Origin: Flavobacteriales bacterium UBA1112
Lineage (GTDB): Bacteria > Bacteroidota > Bacteroidia > Flavobacteriales_D > Sanyastnellaceae
Length of the DNA stretch: 49,732 bases
Assembly: GCA_002313415.1 (NCBI GenBank)
Contig: DCBH01000072.1
Span: forward strand, 1-49,732
Direction of reading: 5' to 3'
Made by a program: the position numbers and the translations under genes. Below are positions 16,649 through 23,594 of the stretch, one piece after another. The notes beneath the pieces are model-generated. The model was not told where the DNA came from and did not search any database. It saw only the letters and a program-made list of their open reading frames with translations. Numbering within the stretch: position 1 is the first letter of the stretch; each line of letters opens with the position of its first letter.

Positions 16649-17041
16649 ATGGTACAATTCAGACATTTGAGGACAGTCCTTTGCAAGGTGCTGCTGCTAT
16701 GCGTCTGGATTGCAGGCTTGAGCTTGGATGTAGTTCACCAGTGGGGGCACTTGTTTCATCGATGTTCCCATCACCACAATTTGGCACAACACCGGGGTGA
16801 TGGCGAGAGCCATGTGCTCTGGAGCGGCATCCACAGCAATGACCAGTTCGAAATCTCAGGACAGTGTTGTGCATTGTGCGATTGGATCTTTTCTCCACAA
16901 GAAAATCCTTTGGATGCAGCCAATGTGGTATATCCCACCACGTGGCATACCATCTTCCGTGTGGGTGAAGAACAATCTGCGAAGACGGCGCCTTTTGCGG
17001 GAAGGTTCAAGAGTCGTCGAGGCCCACCCTGTGTGATCTGA
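16649..17041 (+). CDS. Small Cys/His-rich membrane-anchored hypothetical protein (DUF6660-like?) upstream of the TonB receptor
   Basis: This is the only coherent ORF in the 568-bp Fur-to-TBDR gap. It has an N-terminal hydrophobic segment (LCKVLLLCVWIAGLSL), a His cluster (HQWGHLFHRCSHHHNLAQH), a QCCALCDW motif and a C-terminal ...RRGPPCVI. The family resemblance is from memory and weak. Confidence 0.35.
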   Translation: MVQFRHLRTVLCKVLLLCVWIAGLSLDVVHQWGHLFHRCSHHHNLAQHRGDGESHVLWSGIHSNDQFEISGQCCALCDWIFSPQENPLDAANVVYPTTWHTIFRVGEEQSAKTAPFAGRFKSRRGPPCVI

Positions 17042-17078
17042 ACGTCCTTTTCTCTCGTCTTCTCTCAATCCAACTTTG

Positions 17079-19409
17079 ATGGATTCAGTTTCACCACATC
17101 TTGGGGAGTGTGGAATCTTTGCCAAGCGTGCGATGATCATCATCTTTCAAGCTCTATGCATCGTTCAAGGAGCTTGGAACCAAGATGACATCTCGGCGTT
17201 GGTGGAGGGTCACGTCCTTCATTCCAACTCTCATACGAGACTACCTGGCGTCCTTGTGATGGCTTGGCCCTGCGGCCTTTCCACATTCACAGATGCTTCA
17301 GGAGGGTTTCGTGTGACGTGTCGAGATGGGATTGATTCATTGACGTTGTCTTGTGTGGGTTTTGACACTCAAGTGGTCTTAGCCCCGGCAGCACACGTGG
17401 ATGTATGGATGGAGGAATTGAAGGTCATGCTCGGTCAAGCTCGAGTGGCCGCAATCGGACTCAATGAATCGGAATCTCAAACGCTCGAACAGCCAACTTT
17501 GATGCAGGCACTCGACCGAACTCCTGGGCTTCAAAGCCTTGATCTTGGTGCAGGGATGATACAGCCTGTGATTCGAGGCTTGTATGGTTCTCGTGTTGCC
17601 ATTCTAGAAAACGGCGTACCCCAGCAGGGAGGACGTTGGGGGACTGATCATGGGGTACTCGTGGCCCCTGAATTGCAGGTTGAGACGTCATGGGTGCCAG
17701 GTGGTGGTCACGTATGGATGGGCCCCGGGGCCGTTGGAGGGGGGATGCGTTTTGAGTCACCTTCTGCGAAGAATTCCAGCGGTGTAAGCACTCGTTTGGG
17801 GGCTGTAGCCCGGGCAGGAAACTTCAAAGCAGGTCTTCATGCGCTCCACATTTCGAATGACGATGATATCCATTGGCATGCTGGCTTGTCAGTATCAGAG
17901 TTTGGCTCATCTCAAGTTCCACAACGTCGGTTCTCCTATCTTGGAAGAGTCTACGAACTTGAGACTGGAGAGCTTACCAATACTGCTGGCCGCGCTGGCC
18001 ACGCAGTCTTCGGATTAGAAAAAGAGACACAAGCAGGTCGGACGGTTGCATGGTCAATGCGCCTGTCCGATGTGCAACAAGGCCTATTTCCAGGAATCGT
18101 TGGTCTACCGAGGCAAGGAGACTTGTCGCCAAACGACCAGTTGCTCGAAATTCGACTTCCCAACCAGCACGCATCTCGCGTCCAAATGATTTTTGAGCGC
18201 TCTGCTTTGCAGGGCGGCATAGACGTCAACTGGGATTATAAACTTTCGGGTTCTTGGAACAAGCGTCGTGAGTATGCACCTCCTCACGCTCATGGATGGG
18301 GACCTCTTCCAAACTCGGATTTGAGTCTGGCAATGGAAGAGTGGACAGTTTTTGGTGAAGCGCGCCAACGAGGTGCACATGGTTCGTTTGGGTTGCAGCT
18401 TGAAGCTCAGCATGTGACCACGTCAGGTTGGGAATTTTTACTCCCAAGTCATCGGCGCATCCGGACCTCTTGCATGGGCGAAATCAGTGCTGATAAATCA
18501 ACGCTGGCTGGCCGAATTGACCTTGTTTACGCCAATCAGGAGAGACACTTTGAACCACTTTACAATTCTGAAGGGGACGTCGTGGGAACAGATGTTCGTG
18601 CCCTTGCATTCGAAACGCTGATGCCGGGTGGCATGCTTTCTTGGCAAAGACCGCTGTCATCGAAAAACAATCGCGTGAGAGGCTTGGCAACTTTGGTCGC
18701 ATATGGCCGAGTTCCAAGTAACCATGAATGGGGCGCAAACGGGATTCATCACGGTTCATTCCGTTTCGAACAAGGAAATCCCAATCTGCGAACAGAGTGG
18801 GCTACGGAAGCTAGGCTTTCGATGCAAAATGATTCTGAGGAGCTAGGAGGGCAATGGAGTGCAAAAGGGTTTGTGTCTTTTCACAAGGGATTCATTTCCA
18901 TCACACCAGTTGCAAAATTTGCACCCATTTCGCACGCAGGTCAGATCTACGAATTCCTGGCAAACGATGCCTTCCGAACGGGAATGGAGGTCGAGGTTAG
19001 CCATCGCATGGAGCGTCAAACCTTTTCTTTTGATGCATCTGCACTCGGTCAATGGGACATGGCTACAGGTTTGGGGCTGCCGTTCACAACACCTTTGCAA
19101 TCTCGCTTAGGTTGGGAGGGTGTGGCAGGTCATGGCTTCACTCTGAATCTCTCGGGGCGCGCCGTGGCTCCAGCCACCTTGACTGCCAGAAATGAAAACA
19201 CCACGCCAGGGGCCCTCTTGGCGGACATCACACTATCTCAAACCACCGAAAAGGGGCAGTGGACCTTGGAAGTCCAAAATGTCTTTGATCGCGCGTGGCT
19301 TGATCATACCAGTGCCTATCGCGCTTTGGGTCTCGTGGCCCAAGGGAGATGGGTTCAACTTCGCTTTACAACCCAGTTGAAGCGGAATACCAAAAATTTT
19401 AATTCTTAA
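17079..19409 (+). CDS. TonB-dependent outer-membrane receptor with an N-terminal CarboxypepD_reg-like domain
   Basis: Start at ATG 17079 or 17133 (MIIIFQALCIVQGAW signal). The CarboxypepD_reg-like stretch is VEGHVLHSNSHTRLPGVLV...TDASGGFRV. The plug motifs are LDRTPGLQSL...IQPVIRGLYGSRVAILENGVPQ, followed by a beta-barrel region of about 550 aa. Confidence 0.85.
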   Translation: MDSVSPHLGECGIFAKRAMIIIFQALCIVQGAWNQDDISALVEGHVLHSNSHTRLPGVLVMAWPCGLSTFTDASGGFRVTCRDGIDSLTLSCVGFDTQVVLAPAAHVDVWMEELKVMLGQARVAAIGLNESESQTLEQPTLMQALDRTPGLQSLDLGAGMIQPVIRGLYGSRVAILENGVPQQGGRWGTDHGVLVAPELQVETSWVPGGGHVWMGPGAVGGGMRFESPSAKNSSGVSTRLGAVARAGNFKAGLHALHISNDDDIHWHAGLSVSEFGSSQVPQRRFSYLGRVYELETGELTNTAGRAGHAVFGLEKETQAGRTVAWSMRLSDVQQGLFPGIVGLPRQGDLSPNDQLLEIRLPNQHASRVQMIFERSALQGGIDVNWDYKLSGSWNKRREYAPPHAHGWGPLPNSDLSLAMEEWTVFGEARQRGAHGSFGLQLEAQHVTTSGWEFLLPSHRRIRTSCMGEISADKSTLAGRIDLVYANQERHFEPLYNSEGDVVGTDVRALAFETLMPGGMLSWQRPLSSKNNRVRGLATLVAYGRVPSNHEWGANGIHHGSFRFEQGNPNLRTEWATEARLSMQNDSEELGGQWSAKGFVSFHKGFISITPVAKFAPISHAGQIYEFLANDAFRTGMEVEVSHRMERQTFSFDASALGQWDMATGLGLPFTTPLQSRLGWEGVAGHGFTLNLSGRAVAPATLTARNENTTPGALLADITLSQTTEKGQWTLEVQNVFDRAWLDHTSAYRALGLVAQGRWVQLRFTTQLKRNTKNFNS

Positions 19410-19419
19410 TTCTATTCAG

Positions 19420-20214
19420 ATGAATCGTACTATTTTTTTTCAAGCTGTGGCTTGCTTAGGACTGGCCGTAGCCTTGGTTTCATGTCAAGAAACAGATACA
19501 GAAGCTCCTACCGTTTGCACGCAACTTGGTGCAATGAACAGCGTCCTTGCGGACGAAATTGAGGCCGAGGCAGGCGATCACATTGACCTAGAGGATGTCT
19601 TTTGCGACAACGAAGCATTGAGTCAAGTACGCTATGACATCCACAACGGCGAGGGTCATGCCCACGACGAAGGTGATGAAGGTGAGGACGAGCACGAGCA
19701 CGGCCTGGTCTTGCACAGTGGAACTGGCTGGGCTGTTCTTGAAACATTCGACATTGATGGAACCGAAGCAGCGGTTGACCTGCATGTCGATGTACCATTG
19801 ACAGCACGTGGCGTTTGGCATTTGATTGTGGATGTCGTTGATGCGGAGGGCAATGCCGCCACATACAACACTGATCTCCACGTAGAAAACAGCCACATGC
19901 CTGAGTTCACGCTGACGTCTGTTGGCGGTGAAGATCCAAGCACTTGGCATGGTGAACCCACGTGGGCGGCCAATTCCTCTGTGGTTGTTGAAGGCAGCGT
20001 AACAGACTCGGACGGAATTGCTTCCGCCGAACTTGAACTGATCGATGAAGCTACCGAAACGGTGGTTTGGTCGACCGAATTGGCTGAGTTTGATGCGTTC
20101 AGTGAGACGGTTGTCGTTCCGGAAAACGCTTCTGGTGAATTTCACTTTGAAATGAAGGCAACCTGCAATGCTGGAGTGAGCATGGAAACAGGGTTTCACG
20201 TTGAAGTGGAGTAA
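19420..20214 (+). CDS. His/Asp/Glu-rich lipoprotein with two Ig-like (DUF4625-like) domains; candidate metal-binding partner of the receptor
   Basis: The signal is MNRTIFFQAVACLGLAVALVSC (lipobox). The acidic His-rich loop is DIHNGEGHAHDEGDEGEDEHEHGLVLHSG. It starts 10 nt after the TBDR stop. Confidence 0.7.
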   Translation: MNRTIFFQAVACLGLAVALVSCQETDTEAPTVCTQLGAMNSVLADEIEAEAGDHIDLEDVFCDNEALSQVRYDIHNGEGHAHDEGDEGEDEHEHGLVLHSGTGWAVLETFDIDGTEAAVDLHVDVPLTARGVWHLIVDVVDAEGNAATYNTDLHVENSHMPEFTLTSVGGEDPSTWHGEPTWAANSSVVVEGSVTDSDGIASAELELIDEATETVVWSTELAEFDAFSETVVVPENASGEFHFEMKATCNAGVSMETGFHVEVE

Positions 20215-20235
20215 CAATCACATAAGCTGAAAATG

Positions 20236-20259
20236 GGGCGTCCTTCGGGACGCCCTTTT
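20236..20259 (+). terminator. Rho-independent terminator after the receptor-lipoprotein pair
   Basis: GGGCGTCC-TTCG-GGACGCCC (8-bp GC-rich stem, tetraloop) is followed by TTTT. It lies 22 nt downstream of the lipoprotein stop. Confidence 0.65.
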
Positions 20260-20300
20260 CATGCCTTTCAACAAAACTGACTGATTTGCGTTTTTCTGGC

Positions 20301-20549
20301 ATGGGACAACACAAACTCAAAACGTCACAACATCGAATGCTTTGGTGGCGCCACGGGGCATTGGGTTTCATCTCCATCGGTGCCGGTTTGTCTGTGACGC
20401 TAGATGCATCTGCTCAGCGTATGGCCAATCAGGTGTGGTGGATTTGGACCGTGGAGGGGACACTTGGACTGATTGTATTCATGTCCGGTCTCGGCTTTTT
20501 TGGCAGCGCCGTGCGACATCTCGTGTTGATGGACTTGTCGAAAAAATAA
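20301..20549 (+). CDS. Small two-TM membrane protein, hypothetical
   Basis: 82 aa from the ATG at 20301. It has two hydrophobic segments (GALGFISIGAGLSVTL and TLGLIVFMSGLGFFGSAV) and a basic N-terminus. No family was recognised. Confidence 0.4.
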   Translation: MGQHKLKTSQHRMLWWRHGALGFISIGAGLSVTLDASAQRMANQVWWIWTVEGTLGLIVFMSGLGFFGSAVRHLVLMDLSKK

Positions 20550-20554
20550 GAGAG

Positions 20555-21019
20555 TCAATCTTCAGACTTTTTGAGCCTGATTCCCTCGATGGGACAGCCG
20601 ACAGCTTCTGTGACAGGATTCTTGACTGCTCTGCCCGCGAGGCAATCTCGGAGGGCGGCATCCAAGTCCCGCCTTTTGGTGAGTGGCTTCCGCTTGCCAG
20701 GCGCGAAGTATCGGTCATTGATTCGCCCACGATACACGACGGAATCAAGGTCATTGAGGACAAAAACCTCAGGTGTCCATTGTGCCCCAAGGGCTTCCGC
20801 CCAATGGGCCGTGTCCTTCATCATAGGCATTTTTAAACCATAAGTGGATTGAAATGAGGTCACCTGGTCGGATGTGCTCGAGGGGTTGGGAAATATGCCA
20901 ACAAACTCAATGGGTGCATGTGCAAAGTCACTCTCCAATTGACGCAAGTCAAAAGACATGTTCTGGCATATTGGACATAGCGGGGCCAAAAAAATCAACA
21001 CTTTCCACATGGGTTCCAT
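20555..21019 (-). CDS. Thioredoxin-fold (redoxin/AhpC-TSA-like) protein with a CPIC active-site motif
   Basis: KVLIFLAPLCPICQN is beta1 plus a CxxC at a helix N-terminus. Further motifs are IEFVGIFPN, TPEVFVLN...VVYRGRIND and a second Cys pair near the C-terminus. It starts 10 nt downstream of the monooxygenase stop on the same strand. Confidence 0.7.
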   Translation of the reverse strand: MEPMWKVLIFLAPLCPICQNMSFDLRQLESDFAHAPIEFVGIFPNPSSTSDQVTSFQSTYGLKMPMMKDTAHWAEALGAQWTPEVFVLNDLDSVVYRGRINDRYFAPGKRKPLTKRRDLDAALRDCLAGRAVKNPVTEAVGCPIEGIRLKKSED

Positions 21020-21029
21020 GCAATCAAAA

Positions 21030-22487
21030 TTAGCAAGTTGCGCCGTAGGTGCTGAGAAGTTGAAGCAAGTCTGAAATGGTCACGGCATCGTCCAGGTCGA
21101 TGTCGGCATTGCAATCGGATGTGCATCCAAACTCAGAAAGCAGAAACAACATGTCCCCTACACTGATCACACCATCGTCGTTGACGTCACTCGCGCATGT
21201 GGGTTCGTCTGAGGGAGCGAGGGAAATGAGTTCGTCTCCCTCTTGGTACAAGACGTAATCAAAAAAAACGAAGAACATCTCGTCTGTGGTCCCTTCTCCA
21301 AATGTCACATTCTGCGGCGGGTCGTTGGGGTTGAAGGGATTGGAGCTTGTATTGTCGTAGCTGGCGATGCCGTGTAAGGTGTAGCCCGAGGGGATTTTTG
21401 TCAGTGTTGGGAAGGTGAAGAAACCCTGCCAATTGAAATCCCACGAAGGGATAGAAATGAGCGGAATGGTGTCCTGATTGCTTGGTGAAGTCGCAAAGAC
21501 TTCCCAGGAAGAACCAATCAAATGGCAATGGGGCGCAACGCTTAATAAGCTGACATCTGCAGCCACCTGCATCGATCCTTGAAAAGTCCGCAATTGATTG
21601 GCAGGCAGATAGAAAGGCTCGTCAAGATGTTGAGGCCCCATGATGCCAGTTTCAACTTCACGTTCAATGGGTTCCTCTGAGAAGAAGACGTTGATCTCAG
21701 TTTGGTCTGATTCCTCGATTGGCGATGGACCGTAGTGCATTTGAAGCAAGACGTCAGAGCCTGCGGGTACAATACGCCCTATTCCTGGAGGATATTCAAG
21801 GGTTAAAGCTCCTGGGACCCAAGCACCAAAAAAATTGCTCTCGGCGGAGAAACCGAAGCCCCCAAAGCTTTCGTACCCTGGTTCAGGATCTTGGGCATCT
21901 AAGCTTGCTGCGGTGCCGGTGACGTCCAAACCCAAAATGGCGTGGTGAGATACATTCCGATTTCCGGGTCTAACCTCGAGCGCGCGAATGGACAGGTCGT
22001 TGTTGGGGTCTGCTGGCAGAACAAACACTTGATATTGATCGGTCATATCGCCTCCGTGGGTATACGGCTCTGCCATGGAAAGCACGAGGTCAGGGGAGCC
22101 AATCTGGCTCCCCTCTGGAAACGAGGGCAAGCCAGGGTTGTCTGCGGGATCGCCCTCAGGTTTGCCTTGAGCAACCCAGGCACTTAACGTCGCTTTTTCT
22201 TCGGTTGTGAGCACGCGTTCTCCAACAAAATGCGAATAGCTGTTGTCGGGAGACCAAGGAGGCATGTAGCCCGTTGAAGTCACGTACTCAATAAATTCAC
22301 CATACATGGAAACTTCGTTGAACGTTGTCAGCGGCATTGGACTGATTTCACCGACTCGATGACACTCCGCACAGTGCGTGTAGATGATGGGGGCAACATC
22401 GGCATGAAAAGTGACATTTTGGGCATGACCGAACATGGCTGACCCCGTCCAAAAACTCAAATTCAACAAATAGTGCCATCGGCTCAT
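21030..22487 (-). CDS. Secreted cytochrome-c-domain / PHM-DBH-like type II copper monooxygenase fusion with a two-repeat dockerin-like C-terminus
   Basis: The ATG at 22487 gives signal MSRWHYLLNLSFWTGSAMFGHAQ. The heme c motif CAECH is at 22359-22373, followed by ...GYMPPW. The copper-site pattern is VSHHAILG, LLQMHYG, APHCHLIG and TTDEMFFVF. Residues are numbered from the caller's upstream start at 22739 (subtract 84 for the ATG at 22487). Spacings are HH265/266-H335-H404/H406-M488, close to rat PHM H107/H108-H172-H242/H244-M314. Confidence 0.75.
   Translation of the reverse strand: MSRWHYLLNLSFWTGSAMFGHAQNVTFHADVAPIIYTHCAECHRVGEISPMPLTTFNEVSMYGEFIEYVTSTGYMPPWSPDNSYSHFVGERVLTTEEKATLSAWVAQGKPEGDPADNPGLPSFPEGSQIGSPDLVLSMAEPYTHGGDMTDQYQVFVLPADPNNDLSIRALEVRPGNRNVSHHAILGLDVTGTAASLDAQDPEPGYESFGGFGFSAESNFFGAWVPGALTLEYPPGIGRIVPAGSDVLLQMHYGPSPIEESDQTEINVFFSEEPIEREVETGIMGPQHLDEPFYLPANQLRTFQGSMQVAADVSLLSVAPHCHLIGSSWEVFATSPSNQDTIPLISIPSWDFNWQGFFTFPTLTKIPSGYTLHGIASYDNTSSNPFNPNDPPQNVTFGEGTTDEMFFVFFDYVLYQEGDELISLAPSDEPTCASDVNDDGVISVGDMLFLLSEFGCTSDCNADIDLDDAVTISDLLQLLSTYGATC
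21033..21197 (-). other. Two-repeat dockerin-like module, each repeat Cys-bracketed, at the extreme C-terminus
   Basis: CASDVNDDGVISVGDMLFLLSEFGC-TSD-CNADIDLDDAVTISDLLQLLSTYGATC-stop. Confidence 0.6.
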
Positions 22488-22536
22488 GATAGGTAATGTA
22501 GTGAAAGCGCGACACTTCAGATTGTAACTTCGCCAC

Positions 22537-23373
22537 ATGACGGGTGGATTCTTTGCGTTGTTGGACGACATTGCTGCGATGATGGACGATGTGGCTGCCA
22601 TGACAAAATTGGCGGGCAAGAAGACTGTGGGCATTTTGGGGGATGATCTGGCAGTGAATGCCGAAAAGGCAGTTGGTTTCTCCTCATCTCGTGAGTTGCC
22701 AGTGTTGTGGGCAATTTCTAAAGGATCTTTTCTCAACAAACTTATAATTTTGCCAGCTGCATTTGCCCTTAGCGCTTTCGCGCCTTGGGTGATTGAACCG
22801 ATTCTTCTGCTTGGCGGTGCGTATTTGTCTTATGAGGGGATGGAAAAGGTCATTCACTACGCACGCCCCTCACGCAGCAGGCATGTCGATTCAAATTCAG
22901 GACCAACCGAAAAACAGCGTATCCGCTCCGCGGTACTGGTGGATTTTATATTGTCTGTGGAGATCATAATCCTTGCCTTGGGCCAGGTCATTGAGGCAGA
23001 TTGGTTGGTTCAGGTGGTGTCTGTGTCGCTGATTGCCCTCTTGGCCACGGTAGGGGTGTATGGGGTGGTTGCTTTGCTCGTTCGTATGGATGATGCAGGG
23101 CTGGCATTGATGAAACGCGAGGTGGCCTGGGCCCGGAGCTTCGGCTCTTTTCTTGTGGAGGCCTTGCCATGGACGATTAAAGGGCTCACTGCTGTGGGTA
23201 CGGTTGCGCTTCTCCTGGTCTCGGGAGGGATTTTTCACCATCACATTCCACGGATGCATGAATTTTTGCACAGTTGGCCATCCATACTTGCAGATGGTTT
23301 CTTGGGGATTGTCGGGGGCACTGTAGTTTGGTTCATGTCGATCGCAATCAAGAACTTCAAAGGAAGAGTATGA
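22537..23373 (+). CDS. DUF808 (YedI-like) inner-membrane protein
   Basis: The characteristic N-terminus is MTGGFFALLDDIAAMMDDVAAMTKLAGKKTVGILGDDLAVNAEK, followed by several TM segments. Confidence 0.8.
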   Translation: MTGGFFALLDDIAAMMDDVAAMTKLAGKKTVGILGDDLAVNAEKAVGFSSSRELPVLWAISKGSFLNKLIILPAAFALSAFAPWVIEPILLLGGAYLSYEGMEKVIHYARPSRSRHVDSNSGPTEKQRIRSAVLVDFILSVEIIILALGQVIEADWLVQVVSVSLIALLATVGVYGVVALLVRMDDAGLALMKREVAWARSFGSFLVEALPWTIKGLTAVGTVALLLVSGGIFHHHIPRMHEFLHSWPSILADGFLGIVGGTVVWFMSIAIKNFKGRV

Positions 23374-23594
23374 GTGCGAGTTGGCTGATGAAAACGCGCT
23401 GACAATTCAGACGGAATTTTGGATTGGTGCAATGAAGAGTGCCAAGCTCGTTTTCGCATTGTTGAGTTTTGAGTTGGGATGAAGTCGAAACATTCATCTC
23501 TTCTGCGCGTGCAGTCAAAAGTTCCTTGTGAACTTGTGGAGAACTGCATCGTGAGGTTGTCTTCGAGGGCGCAGGGCTTGGGCATCTTTGTTGC

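Noticed and set aside
16659-17143. Three overlapping minus-strand ORFs (16659-16898, 16771-17010, 16856-17143)
   Set aside because: I translated this region by hand looking for a frameshifted minus-strand pseudogene. The pieces do not join into any recognisable protein, and one overlaps the TBDR start.
17079-19409. Whether this TonB-dependent receptor is the missing SusC of the glycan locus
   Set aside because: It lies 4.3 kb beyond the locus, on the far side of a minus-strand gene. It is followed by a His-rich lipoprotein rather than a SusD-like protein, and it sits next to a Fur-family regulator. It fits metal uptake better.
19588-20217. 209-aa minus-strand ORF (also 19508-19864 and 19656-19973)
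   Set aside because: They are antisense to the His-rich lipoprotein gene. That gene has a proper lipoprotein signal and tight coupling to the TBDR, whereas the antisense translations are Arg/His-rich junk.
20342-20836. 164-aa plus-strand ORF overlapping the thioredoxin-like gene
   Set aside because: The minus-strand frame has a canonical thioredoxin-fold layout (CPIC after beta1, a cis-Pro region TPEVF). The plus-strand frame has no recognisable features.
22488-22739. 84-aa N-terminal extension of the monooxygenase ORF
   Set aside because: It would overlap the DUF808 gene start (22537). The ATG at 22487 gives a normal signal peptide (MSRWHYLLNLSFWTGSAMFGHAQ).
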